From Flectonema sp. DT1601 (taxonomy: Eukaryota), in contig OZ025788.1 of the NCBI GenBank assembly GCA_964019425.1, positions 682,001 through 746,000 of the forward strand: a stretch of DNA of 64,000 nucleotides, given 5' to 3'. A program made the position numbers and the translations under genes. Below the pieces are notes generated by a model. It was not told where the DNA came from. It saw nothing but the letters and a program-made list of their open reading frames with translations, and did no database searches. The number at the start of each line of letters is the position of its first letter. Position 1 is the first letter of the stretch. Of this stretch, positions 32,613 to 44,605 are shown piece after piece.

Positions 32613-33464
32613 TTATTTTTTCTTGTGACGCACCTTCTTTATTGGCTGTTCAGCAAGTGCTTTTTCTTTTGCTGCAGTGTCTTCGGTTTTCTGTTTGTTG
32701 TGTATTTACAAGTTGCTCCTGCACCAGATGAAGCTTACGAATAGAGTTCACAATCTCCCGTTAGCGAACAAGTTATTAAAGTACACTAAAAGAATTCATA
32801 CCTGAACGTGCTTGCTGTCACTTCCCTTCTTCAGCATTTCAAGGAACTTCGATCTGGTGACAGCTTCCTTTGGTGGACCGCTTGATGTTTCAGACTTCTT
32901 CGCGTCGGATTTAGGAGCTGCAGGTTTATTTTGGGCACCAGCGACAGCATTAAAGAGACGAACGACACCATTTGTTGCGACCCTACGGAGACGCTTCTCG
33001 TAGTCGGGGGCAACAAGTGAAGGAATTTCGCGATTGTGAGATTGGCTCAAAATGTGCTTACGAAGAATTTTACGGTCAGAAGCTTTACGTCTCTTCACCG
33101 CCTCGTCTTCTGAAGCTTCAGATTCACTGGACTCGCTGACGTAACCAACTCCTCCTTCAACTTCAAAGCCACGTTTGCGTTTTACTCTTTTTTTATCAAG
33201 TCTGCGTTTTGCCCTGGCTTCCGCTTTTTGGTCCTTTAGACTGTAGCCTCCTAAGAACCCTCCTTCTTCAGCTTCTTTCCCATCGTTAAGAACCTTTGAT
33301 ACAATTGATCCAAAAACATCTTTTCTATCTTTTGGTTGTTGTTTCTTATTTGATGTATCGATAGTTGTTGCTGTCGGTATTTCTTCTTCAGCCTTGTCGT
33401 ATGGACCAACCCTTCCAGTCTTTTTCAGATCACTTATTCTCTTTCTGAACTTTTTAACGACCAT
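32613..33464 (-). CDS. RRP15: Ribosome biogenesis protein RRP15 (exon 1 33464-32802; probable exon 2 32690-32613)
   Basis: EKRLRRVATNGVVRLFNAV and SKFLEMLK are Rrp15 signatures. A GTATGA donor lies at 32801 and an AAACAG acceptor at 32691. Confidence 0.85.
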
Positions 33465-33638
33465 AGTATTGCTACCCTACAATAGAATTCCTGTAAGATA
33501 ATAATACAAACATTACTCAACAAACGTCAATACCTTTAAAACATTACTAGTAATCTATCTCATCAAACATGTGTTGTACTTGTTGAGAAATGTTTTATGA
33601 AAAGTTAATTAAATTACAATGCAAATGCCAAACTGCAG

Positions 33639-34733
33639 CTACAGTTCTTTGCCAAGTAGGGCAGTAGAAGGTAACAGAACAGCTACTAAAGCTGCAGCAA
33701 CCCAACTAGTTGAGTGAGTATTCCAATCGTTAATACATTTATCACAGCTACAGGTGAAGTTATATGGAAGTAGTTGATCTCTACGGCTGACAGGTTTCCC
33801 ACTAAACAGAACTTCATCGATGTAACTAATTGTGAGCTCATCGTTTGGTTTTATTGATTTAGTCGCAACAACAGAAATAGAATTGATGTTGTTTGGAGTC
33901 ACTCGACAGTTTGGATCGCAGTTGTGATTCATGCAGGCTGCTTCTTTGAAAAGACCAACTCCAAAAGAATGTAAATCTTCAAAATTTATAATATTTATGA
34001 GCAAGTCTAAACTAGCTTCCAACTTAATACTTTCCTCCAAACATCCCAACTGTGAGATCATCCGCAAGTGTTTTCGTAGGCTGAATAGCGGAGACAATAT
34101 ACACGTCGTGTGGCAGTTGACGTTGTAAATATTTAAATAATTCAAAATCTCCTGTGTAGTAACTCTACTTGTCTCCTCAGGTATTAAAATATTCAATAAT
34201 CGCACTGCTTCTCGTAACAGTTTTCGAAGATCAGAAGTAACTTTAATACTTCCCTGGTCATAGTCTGACAGGTCAGGACGATTCTTAAGCATACAATGAT
34301 GTAATAATAAAGTAAACCTCTCATTGCAACTAAAGGTCTTATTGTACTCCCTCAGAGCTTTTGTTCTTTCATCGGACAGTCGAAAGGCGCACAAACGAAA
34401 GTGATTTCCGATAGTTTTGCATTCCTCTGAACAAAATATCACTCCGCATTCGCATGTTACTTTTTGATTTCCGAATAGAAGTTCCCAAGGTTGAAGGTAA
34501 GGGATTGTTGATTTCAGAAGCGTCTTATCACCAGTCGCCTGTCTCACAAGCTCCACTAACGATCCAATAATTTGGTAACAATTATCGCACGTTTTTAGCT
34601 TCCCAGTAGTTGAGTGGTACATCACATGAGACTTCTCAGATACGACTTTACTTCCTTTTTTTATATTAGTTTTCGCTATTATGTGTCGACCTCTGTCATC
34701 GCTGTTTCGAATTTCAAAAAGTCTGCCAGACAT
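33639..34733 (-). CDS. SET/MYND (SMYD-like) lysine methyltransferase
   Basis: RGRHIIA, split Cys-rich MYND (CDNC...CECGVIFCSEEC), MNHNCDPNC, ELTISY and post-SET CSCDKC. Confidence 0.9.
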   Translation of the reverse strand: MSGRLFEIRNSDDRGRHIIAKTNIKKGSKVVSEKSHVMYHSTTGKLKTCDNCYQIIGSLVELVRQATGDKTLLKSTIPYLQPWELLFGNQKVTCECGVIFCSEECKTIGNHFRLCAFRLSDERTKALREYNKTFSCNERFTLLLHHCMLKNRPDLSDYDQGSIKVTSDLRKLLREAVRLLNILIPEETSRVTTQEILNYLNIYNVNCHTTCILSPLFSLRKHLRMISQLGCLEESIKLEASLDLLINIINFEDLHSFGVGLFKEAACMNHNCDPNCRVTPNNINSISVVATKSIKPNDELTISYIDEVLFSGKPVSRRDQLLPYNFTCSCDKCINDWNTHSTSWVAAALVAVLLPSTALLGKEL

Positions 34734-34961
34734 TTCTGACAAATATTTTTTATACTATTTTGCTCTCTCTCAAATCTAATTATTACAAAGAATTGAATCT
34801 GAATAACAGACCCCTGAGAACATATTATTTGAAGCTGTCGAAATAATATTTCACTTCATCAAAAAAAAACACCAGAAGGTAGACTACCTGAGTAAATGTC
34901 AACAAAGCTCGTAGTCGGCTTTATAATTATGATAACCCGCCGTGTTGGCGATCTTTTCAAT

Positions 34962-36050
34962 TCATCCATTTTTTGAGAGTGCTTCAAGAAGCAGTTTTCG
35001 AGTGTTGTCTTCACTCTCTTGCTGTTGGTTGGTTGGTTGAGTAGCTTTCCAAAAAAGTTAAAAAGTTAAGATAAATAAATCACATACCAATTCAACAGAT
35101 AATGAATAACATCTATGATTATCAGTTAAGTCTTGATCAATTGATACGCATATTGTGATATCAGAATTTGGACAAATCGGATCAGTTGGAAGAAGAATCG
35201 TCGTTTGCTTCCAGTGAGTTGGAGGGGCAGCAGGAGAAGTGCTCAACAAAGTGTTTGGAAAAAAGACGTCAAACCAAATTGTTACAGCTGAAGTGGGTTG
35301 GTTATTTGATTTGAATTTGAGAGTTTCTGAAATTGACACCAAATCAATAAGACGAATCTTTGTAAGATCAAACGATGCGATTGTTTGCGGTGATGATGAA
35401 AGCCTCTCAGCTGAGATGATATCCACCACAGGCTCACTAACAACTCCCTGAAATGATGTTTCCATTAAGTCAGACATATCAAATCCAGCTACACTCTTCC
35501 AAACGTTAACCCGCTCATCTAAATGTGAACTCATATTTGTTGTTGCCGCTAATACATCAGCCCTGTTGGGAAGCATCTGCCAAGGTTCAACTTCTTTTTT
35601 TAGTAGATTATCCCTCGCCCACAATACAGAATTCAACATTGATTCGTGTACTAAATAAAAACCCATCCATTCTGATAAGATGATGTCTGCGTGTTTTCCT
35701 CCGATGTCAGTTAGAGTGAGTTGCTCAACCTTCTTATGAATAATTGTTATTCTGTCTTTGAGCCCGTTTCTTTCAACGATTGTTGGGAGCAGCCTAGCCA
35801 TTGGACTGGCCTCAATTAAATAAACGTGCGATGCCCCACACCTCGCTGCCATCATTCCCAAAACGCCGGTTCCAGCTCCGACATCTACAACTACCTTCCC
35901 AGCACACGTAGCAGCTGCGGTTTGGTAAGCTTCCATTCTTGGTTTATCATTTATCATTGTAGCATGAACACTAACATCACCATAACCTTCAAAATACTCA
36001 TCATCAACACCCTCTGCTGTTAGTCCTTCGTTGTAGGCTTCTTGATACAT
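34962..36050 (-). CDS. Type I protein arginine methyltransferase (intron 35022-35087)
   Basis: YFEGY, VVDVGAGTG, double-E loop SEWMGFYLVHE and THW loop. Confidence 0.92.
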
Positions 36051-36926
36051 ATTATTATTGAGTACTTTAATAAAATGGTTTGTCTTTTTTCGAAGTCAAG
36101 GAAGTCAAAACCTGGGAAGCTCACGGGGTGTAACAGTAATTCGATACCACAACCGTGAGACTCTCACAGGCGATATACGTTAACTGAGTTTACTTATATA
36201 CTTCCAGATTTTAGTAAAATTACGCTTATGCTCTCCAAAAATACATTTATAGACAGATTTATAAAGCAAGAACCTCTGAGAGACGTCATATTCTCGCATG
36301 CTGATAGCCTCCTTAGAGTAACATTATAAATAGTGATATCCATCTTGACAAGAACCCCAACAGCTACTACTACGTCAAATCGATAAACCTGATGAGCTAA
36401 AATAATATTATTATTTAAGTGCCGATACGATACGATAGTGACACTTACTTACGAGACTAACAAAAGAATAAAATACAACCTCCGGTGGTTGGGCAACAAG
36501 TAGCACCCTCAACCCGGGACAGGGTAATCAATACAACTAAACAAAGGTACAAAAGAAAACAGAAACAGAGAGGAATGTAGTTAAGAAACACAATTCATGT
36601 TTTCCTGGTGGGGGGAGTGGCGCTGTATTTTCATTTTTTTACTTTTGAAGCGCTTCAATTAACACAAGTAATAACATCTAACTAGTCCCTCCACCCTAAC
36701 GAGACATGACGTTCGGCTGCGATACCGAAGTTACAAAAAACTAAAAACTACTACTCGTTCTAATAAATCACAATGTGGAGGGACAAGGTACAAGGTTCGC
36801 TAAGATAATCGTCGTAGCTTGCAGTTCGTAACAACACCTGAAGAGTAAATCATATAATTGGTGTTGTTAATTGATGCATGCTACAATAGTGAAACAGATA
36901 ACAAACAACAATCGTAACAAAGATAT

Positions 36927-38322
36927 TTATCTACGCGATGCTGATGTTCTTCTGCGAGTGCTTACTGGACGGGGCTGAGTTTCAGTGGTACGACGAGACC
37001 TTCTACGACTAGTCCTTCTTGGACTGCTTGGTACGTATGTGGTTGTGGTTGTCACAACAGGCTGCGGCTGCGCTACTACTACTGGAAGTCTCTGTGCGTC
37101 AATAGTCCGCTGTTTGTGTTTTTTATATTCGGCATGGTTATCATATCAATTAAAACCGTTCAGATTAGCCTCGTTGAACGCAGACAGAATCCTGTCGCAC
37201 GGGGGAAAATAAATCATAGCCACAAGAAATAACGTCTTTCAATCTGAAAAGTTTCTTCTCCGACCACGTCGGTACAACAAAAAAAGTAAAACAGCCAAGT
37301 AAAAACCTTCCACGCACGTAATGTTCTTAATTACGAAAGATTACGTACCGGGCATCATCTCAATAGATGAAACACTTAAAGAGCTCAGAGATACGATCTT
37401 CAACAAGAAGATATTTAAGCAATTTGAGATCTGAGCACACTAGACAAGGAAGGGTGGCAGAGACTAATATAATAATCAAAACATACTCCAGTACGAACTT
37501 CCATCTCTCTTCGTTGATAGTAGTCATCGTTGACGGTATCCTGTTTGTGTTTGTTCATTACTTGTAACACAAAGGAGATTGCTAAATTAGTTGTCATCAG
37601 TTTAGAAACAGAAGGTGACATACCGGTTTGCTTACTGTGTGACGCTGTCCCGGATAGGCGTTGCCGAAGTGATTTGGAATGTAGCCTCCGTTACCGAACC
37701 CACCACCTCCTACCCCGCATACTTGCCCGCAGCAACCGCTGTTGTTGTTATTGCAGTTAGACATCGCTCCCTGAGGGTTGTTCATAATAGACGCAATCTG
37801 TGGAGGGCCGTAGAATCCGTGCGGGCTTCCCTTCGAGTCATATTGGGGAGAAGCGGAGAATCTGCCTCCCCAGTCAACAATCGTAGTCGTGTTGCTCGTC
37901 TGCATTGGAGCCATCCATCCCGAACCGCAAGCAACTGCACCTCCTCCTCCACATCCTCCACCACACCCTCCTCCTCCTCCTCTCATCATCATCGGGTTCA
38001 TCATAGTTTGGGGAGCACCTAAAGCTGAACAAGGATCACAGTTTGATCGTACTTGTTGCTGTTCACAAGCTGGCATAGGCTCAGGACAAGGACCTCTTTC
38101 CATTACATCTCTTCGCGCACCCCAAACAGCCATTTGATGGGGACTTACGCCTTGTGGGCACGCGGCCTCTCTACAGGCAAGATGGTTAACAACGTGCTGA
38201 TGTTTGTATGCTTCTGCTGACATGCCGCCGAAGTCAGCAGCAGCAGGTGGTGGCGGCGGAGGGGCGCTAAATTGCATTGCCCCCACCGAGCCACTCACAG
38301 GACCAGCACATCCGCACGACAT
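36927..38322 (-). CDS. Multi-exon Gly/Cys/Pro-rich low-complexity protein with Arg/Ser-rich tail (exons 38322-37624, 37540-37487 and 37109-36927; further micro-exons possible)
   Basis: Long ORF, GTATGT donors at 37623 and 37486, AAACAG acceptors at 37541 and 37110, all phase 0. No recognised domain. Confidence 0.6.
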
Positions 38323-38646
38323 TATAATTTCTCCAAACGGAACCTGTCACAAAAGTCAAAAAGTGTTAATAACATCCGCCAACACATCATCACATTATGT
38401 TAGTGAACTGCAGAACAGAAGTTAATTTATTAATCGGCTGGGACAACAAAAGTGTGTTTGTTTGGTAATCGCTACCGATATTACCAGAAAAGAAACAGAC
38501 TCTTCGCCTATTTCCTTTTTTTTTTTTTGCTTTGGAACTGTGACGTTTCAGTGAACGGGTACGGTGCCATTGCGATACGAATCCATCCAATTGGATGACT
38601 GATAAGAGTTAGTCCTCGTTGTGCGTTCATAGGAAAAGTAAACTAT

Positions 38647-39762
38647 TTAACATTGGAACAGACCATTGCAGTGAGGACAGGAATAGGCACCTGGATCTTG
38701 TGCAACACTTACAGCCCTGTTTGTTTATTTGTGATTTGAGTTTTTAATGTGATTATATTAATCTATTTGAAACCCTAATACCAGATCAGATAAATAATAA
38801 AATCAAAACATACACATTACAGAGAGGACACCTTACCCAACGAGTCGGTGAAACTTCCGTTGCAATTGGAGTATTGAGAGGTACGTGAGCTGGTTTTCTA
38901 GGAGCCAACTGGCTTGTTACTGGAACTGAACTCGAAGTAGTATCGCGTTCTATTTCCTGCTCAGTGTGTTGTACCCTTACGTTGGATAAGTTAAATGCAG
39001 TCCTGACAAGTTTCTGAACTAAAGCTTCCTTTCCCTTTGAAAAGAATATCTGCTGCACTCCTATTGCCTTACCGAGTGACTCTAAATCAATTCTATCTCT
39101 TTTCATTAATCCATCAGTACCAAGTCTGTTTGTTATTTAACTAACTTCAGACTACAGGATGAATGCAATCAAAGAAAATTATTAAAAGAGACTTTTCACA
39201 GACTCTCTGAGGGGCAAAGTAAAGATGTGGCATACCTTCCGATTTGTTTTAACGATGAGTCCCTACTTGCGGGAGGTGATCTGTTTACAGTAGGTGAGGA
39301 GCTATTTATTTCGTTCCTTTGCAGTGGTTTTGGTGGAGCTACGCGAATTCTTTCAATATTCGCTCGACGTCGGGGAGGGATGGCAATAATTCGTTGTTTG
39401 TCAACGGGACGCCGTCCTCCCGATGGAGTAACAGGAGCTACGTAGCGAGTAGAAGAGGAACGGGTTGGCGGCTGAGGGTTTCGTGGGCCAGCAACGATAG
39501 GTGCCCGAGGGGTTGGTCTTCTGACTGCAGGTTTCGCAGATCTTCGTTTTGATGGTGACGGAACACTCGATGGAATGTAATTGCGTCCTGAATGCTCTAA
39601 TTCTCTTTCTAACTCATGAGTTGACTTAGAGCTTCCCTGTTGCCTCTTTCGTACTGCATTCGCCCACTTCTCTTCCTCTCTTCTTCTGTCATCATCACCC
39701 CAGCTTCCTAAGTCTTGCTTTTCTTTCCATGCTGACCCGGCAGTCACCCGTGACTTTCCCAT
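38647..39762 (-). CDS. Basic disordered protein with a C-terminal CxxC-x12-CxxC zinc ribbon (exons 39762-39236, 39125-38814 and 38716-38647)
   Basis: Two GT-AG introns keep the frame and assemble CPLCNVAVSVAQDPGAYSCPHCNGLFQC*. Confidence 0.75.
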
Positions 39763-40032
39763 TTATTGTTTAATCTTATATCAAATAACCAGTACCTGGT
39801 CTATAAAAGTGTATTTATAATTATACTACAACACACTCATAGCAGTCACTAGTGTAGAGCGTACAGTCAGCACAAAACAAGATTGTTAATTTAATGGGAT
39901 AACAACGCAATCAAGTTGAGCCTGTCAAGTACCCCTGTTGGCGGTGTTGTTTATTAATTGCAGGGATGAAACTACCGAATAATTATATTTTTAATATAAA
40001 AAAGGGAAAGTTCGAGTAAAGTTCTTGCTGTT

Positions 40033-41901
40033 TTACGTTTTTCCTTTCCAAACAGCATCCACACGAATACCTAAGAATGTTGGGAAACGTGGGATACCTC
40101 CAACAGTGAGTTCCTGGTATTTAACAGTTATTATGGATCCGATCTTTGGTGGGTTGTTCCTCTGTGCGTCAGTAAAACCTGAACCAACATTAAATCTTTT
40201 CCCATTCTCTAACATACACTGCAAGGCACCCATTCTGTTGGTGTTCTTGCCTTTTCCTTTTTCAATACCCTTGACAAGAGCTTCACAGTCAAGGAATCTT
40301 TTTACCTTTAAAAGTGATGACGACCTCGAATGTACGTACATTGAACCAGGTTGACGAAGCATGACTCCCTCACCCTTCAGTGCTATTATTCGATCTAACT
40401 CACTAGTGACGTGATCAGGTCCGGTACACTTTTCTTGCTTGCAGACGTTAATGTGATCTGGAGTTGATGCAAGAAGGGAATTCATTGCTTTCATACGATT
40501 CTCCCAATTCTCTTTTACAGTGGGGATGTCAAATACTTCGTAAGTTGTGTTCTTCCAACCAGCGTGAGCTTCAGATGACTTTACTACGCTGACGGTTGTT
40601 TGAAATTTCCCGCGTCCGCCAAATAGTTCGCCATCCAACTGGACATCCTTCGGAAGACACTTTGTAAACCACTCAGGAGCTCTGAACTCATTCCCGTTTC
40701 TTGACAGAAATGTTGTTCCATTCCAAAAAGCACGTACCCCATCTAACTTTTCACTCATCCAGTATCCTGTAATTGGTTTCTTCTCGTCCCACTTTTCAGC
40801 CAAAAGTACTCCAGGCATAACAAACTTCTTTAATTTTGCAGCTTTCGCTGTCGTTGCTCCTCCTGTTAAGCCACAGCGTTCCTTTTCAAAATCTACACCC
40901 AGATATTCTTTTAAGTGTTTGCAGGTTCTGGCGTTAACTGCTTGGTTTTGATATCTCCAGGCAACACATGTACAGTAGTAGCCGTCATGTGTGAACTTCA
41001 TTTTATACTCCTGACCACCACCTGATACCATAACTAGCTCATCTTCAGGCATGTGTCTGTCAGGAGTGACGCCGTTTATTGTTCGCTTCTTTCGGAGGTT
41101 GATATCCGTCACATCGATCTGATTTATCTCTTCGTCTTTTGCTTTCTTATCTTCAGTTTCTTCCTCTTCGTCATCATCTGCGACAACCACCGCCTGGTCA
41201 ACACTGTCGTCACCGTGAGAGAACTGCTTAAAATGCATCGGGTTCTTCCTCGAACAGTTCGCACCGTACTTACAGACTGGGAGTGGACCAGAATCATCAT
41301 CATTTCCGTGTGAGTATTCGAGGAAATGTGCTGGGTTCTTCCTCGTACAATTGGCTCCGTACTTACAGACAGGAATAGTTTTGATCTTCTTTACTGGCTT
41401 GGTTTCCGAGGCGGCTCGCTTCCCAGAGTCGAGAACCTGCTGAGTGTCATTTTCAACATCATCTGGTCCACTTGACTTATCAACGTCAGATGGCAGTTTC
41501 TTACTGACAGATGATGTCCTACGAAAGACTAATTGATTAGATCCTTCCCTGTCCTCTGGGTCATCAATTGGAGGAGGGAGATCTGTCTTTGAAATCACGT
41601 ACAAATACTGACCGTCAGGAAGCAACGCAATTCGATCTTTCACAGTAATGGCATCCGTCTTCCCGGCACCTAATCGATAAGACATCTCACTACTTCCCAT
41701 TGGGAGAATAATTATGCTATTCGTACCAAGGGATTTTACTTCTAATTCTCCTTCACGAATTCTAAATTGACAATGTTGTCTACTAATCTGAGTATCATAG
41801 AGACCAGTTGACTCACCTCTTCCTACTACGACACCAATATCATCGATATCAATAATCCGATGGCCTCCCTCACCAACAGGAAGGAGTTGAAACTTTGACA
41901 T
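40033..41901 (-). CDS. FHA + 2xPBZ + SWIM-like zinc finger + ATP-dependent DNA ligase (adenylation and OB domains)
   Basis: FHA (VGRG...ISRQHC...GTN), PBZ CKYGANCTRKNPAHFLEYSH and CKYGANCSRKNPMHFKQFSH, YCTCVAW...TCKHL, and ligase motifs SEKLDGVR, LDGELF, FDIP, GEGVMLR, LLKVK, VGSGFTD and PRFP. Confidence 0.95.
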   Translation of the reverse strand: MSKFQLLPVGEGGHRIIDIDDIGVVVGRGESTGLYDTQISRQHCQFRIREGELEVKSLGTNSIIILPMGSSEMSYRLGAGKTDAITVKDRIALLPDGQYLYVISKTDLPPPIDDPEDREGSNQLVFRRTSSVSKKLPSDVDKSSGPDDVENDTQQVLDSGKRAASETKPVKKIKTIPVCKYGANCTRKNPAHFLEYSHGNDDDSGPLPVCKYGANCSRKNPMHFKQFSHGDDSVDQAVVVADDDEEEETEDKKAKDEEINQIDVTDINLRKKRTINGVTPDRHMPEDELVMVSGGGQEYKMKFTHDGYYCTCVAWRYQNQAVNARTCKHLKEYLGVDFEKERCGLTGGATTAKAAKLKKFVMPGVLLAEKWDEKKPITGYWMSEKLDGVRAFWNGTTFLSRNGNEFRAPEWFTKCLPKDVQLDGELFGGRGKFQTTVSVVKSSEAHAGWKNTTYEVFDIPTVKENWENRMKAMNSLLASTPDHINVCKQEKCTGPDHVTSELDRIIALKGEGVMLRQPGSMYVHSRSSSLLKVKRFLDCEALVKGIEKGKGKNTNRMGALQCMLENGKRFNVGSGFTDAQRNNPPKIGSIITVKYQELTVGGIPRFPTFLGIRVDAVWKGKT

Positions 41902-42859
41902 TGAAGTGAAACCTAACAACAGAGAGGAGAGTGAACTACATCCACACACAACATAAAATATATCAAATTACGTCACTCATCTCTTCTTCTGTAGGGAGAA
42001 TTGATTATTTCATACACATCATCGTCTTTATAACTTTTTCAAAAATCGAAGGAGGGATAGAATTAATTGCACAGAAACCAGCAAAATCAGTAATCGGAAA
42101 AAAGCGCACCCTGCGAGTTGGCAAACAGTTGAATAATTAAAACAATGTTTCACTAGAGCTGCTTTAACTTAAGACTACTAACTAGGAAACTCGTGCGTGG
42201 TGTGCACGAAAGGATTTTCAAAAAAAAAAAGAAATACTTGTGTAACCTTCTTCACCAGCGATTAATCACCACAAGAGTAGTTTAAGAATAATCAACACCT
42301 AAACACCCTCTTGATATCTTGTTCTGTGAAAACAGAAACTATGATAAACTTTTATTGATAAGAATACCGAAAGTGATTAGAGAAAGTTGTCTAAATATTT
42401 TTTGTGAAAACAACAAACATAACGAGACAACTATCAATCAAAAAAAAAGATAGCACAAAAATATAAAAACGAAGGGATGCCATAAAATGCCTGAGTTACA
42501 GTTAAACCTAGTCCAGAACTGATGACCCACGCAGGGTTTTTTAACAGCTCAAGTTGAAAGGATACAAATGATTACGTAAACGCGAGTAAAACAAAATCAT
42601 CATTTCCATTCCATAAATAAACCCTATTTTTTTTTTGTTTTTTCCCCTATAAAATAACCACATTGTGTAAAATACCACGAAATAATATAAAAAAACCCCC
42701 CTCAATTGTCCCATTAAGGGGGATTACCGAAGAAACAATAAAAAAGTACCACAAAACAATGATCAACACGGAACACGAATAACAATATCAATCTGTAAGA
42801 AATAGCGAAAAAGCTCAAATGAGACAGTCAGTTTAAGGTCTTTGCCTGTACCGGACTAT

Positions 42860-44605
42860 TCAAGTGACAGTGACACTCTGGGTTGATGACACAGCGCACT
42901 TGTCTGCGATTATTAGTGGATCTGGTGGACCTCCTTTCATAAGAGATCGGAGTCTATCAAAGTGAGGACCGCTGTGTTTATTTAATTCTTTACATCTGTC
43001 TGTTGACTGATCAGTAAGTAGAGCTGTCGCAATATTGTTAAATGTTTCCCATTGATCAGGACTCTCACAAGTATACATCCATTCTTCATTATCATCCCTA
43101 GTCATTACTTCGTATAACACGTGAACTTCATTAAAGTAAAGTATTGTTTGAAGGTGGACACGAATCTCAAAACTGTTTTTAAGTAAATTATACATCCCAG
43201 CTTCTGACAACATTGGGATACCCGCAAGACAAGCTGTTCTTTCAACAACACAAACTAGAAGAGATATTTTACCAATTACACTAAATCTCTTTACGGAATC
43301 ACTACCGAGAACACCGCAGAACAGTTTCCCTGAACCCATTCCAACATGAAGAGTTAAATTACCTGCCTCGGAATAAGGTTCAAGTATCGCTGGGGCTAAG
43401 TTAACAATTCTAGCTGCTGCATTCACACAAGTGGATGCATGTCTCTTCAACGGTCTCGTAGCTCCAAAGTTTGCGAAGACTCGATCTCCGAGAAACAAAT
43501 CGAGTGTTCCTTTATTACGAACTATCACTTCACAAGTTGTAGAAATAAGATCGTGAATTAATGATCGAAAAGACTCTGCTGAAAGTAATAACACCGAATA
43601 AGATGATTTAATATTCGCAACAAATAACGAACCAGTCAACGATTTAAATCCAGTTTTGGCTCTTCTGATGTCGAACATGTTTCGACTGGACTTGGTAGAA
43701 GCTGATCTTTTGTTACGTCTACTTGGGAGTGAAGCGCTGTCTTCCATAATAATACCTTCAAACCCATCTAAAGGAAGACAAGACTGAGGTAAGTAAGGTT
43801 TGTAAGATCGAAGATTACAAAGTATCCTTTCTAAGGCTTCTCGTAGCTCTTCCGGAATCATCGATTCATCGAGCAACTCTGCTGCACTCTCTAAGTCAAA
43901 CCTGGCGAGTGATATCGCAATATGGTTAGCAGTTTCAATGGAGGCTAAGATAGCACTCTTCTCCTCATAAAGCGCAGCTGCGAAAGACCGAGTGCACACA
44001 AAATCTACTACAAAAATACCCAGCTGTGCAGAAAGAGCGGTCAGGGCTTCATTGAACTCTAACTCGCAAGGAAGGTTTTCACATGAGTAATTCTTATGTC
44101 GTTTGCTTTGAGAATACTCTCCCCAGGAGAAGTCCAACAGCCCGTAGCGGAACTTCTTTTCGGTCGTTAAGATGCAGAGCATGACGCAGCAATATGAAAC
44201 AATAGCGATGGAATAATTATTTGGTACCTCACACGATAGTAAAATATCAACAAGAAGAACAAACATTGGCCAAGACGGAACACTCTGCATCGCCGAGCTA
44301 TCAATTTCCGCCAACGTAATTGCAACTACTCCAATTACGGCGATGGAACCAATTAATTTATTTGTTGCTTTCCTTCTGAATCCAATCAAAACGATTAACG
44401 TACTAATTGATAACATAAAAAGTACCAGAGCTGACACAGCAAGTAGGTGTCTCTCTGTTGACACTACGCATGCCAGAAATGAAAAGGGTAGACATATCGT
44501 CGAGACGACTATGAGAAGTTTTTTTCTTTTTATATCAAGCGGGGTATCTATTTCTGTTATTGCTCGGCGAAAGCAGCTGTGGAAACACTTCTTGACTGAG
44601 GCCAT
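42860..44605 (-). CDS. Multi-TM protein with degenerate class III cyclase-like domain
   Basis: About 6 TM helices, LRSYKPYLPQS linker, FLGDRV and VGMGSG..FCGVLG. The first catalytic Asp is replaced by Asn (VANIKSS) and there is no N..aR motif. Confidence 0.8.
   Translation of the reverse strand: MASVKKCFHSCFRRAITEIDTPLDIKRKKLLIVVSTICLPFSFLACVVSTERHLLAVSALVLFMLSISTLIVLIGFRRKATNKLIGSIAVIGVVAITLAEIDSSAMQSVPSWPMFVLLVDILLSCEVPNNYSIAIVSYCCVMLCILTTEKKFRYGLLDFSWGEYSQSKRHKNYSCENLPCELEFNEALTALSAQLGIFVVDFVCTRSFAAALYEEKSAILASIETANHIAISLARFDLESAAELLDESMIPEELREALERILCNLRSYKPYLPQSCLPLDGFEGIIMEDSASLPSRRNKRSASTKSSRNMFDIRRAKTGFKSLTGSLFVANIKSSYSVLLLSAESFRSLIHDLISTTCEVIVRNKGTLDLFLGDRVFANFGATRPLKRHASTCVNAAARIVNLAPAILEPYSEAGNLTLHVGMGSGKLFCGVLGSDSVKRFSVIGKISLLVCVVERTACLAGIPMLSEAGMYNLLKNSFEIRVHLQTILYFNEVHVLYEVMTRDDNEEWMYTCESPDQWETFNNIATALLTDQSTDRCKELNKHSGPHFDRLRSLMKGGPPDPLIIADKCAVSSTQSVTVT

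Noticed and set aside
43636..43656. CAACGATTTAAATCCAGTTT resembles a diplonemid spliced-leader exon as I recall it
   Set aside because: Partial match, antisense within a CDS, with no donor site or SL intron.
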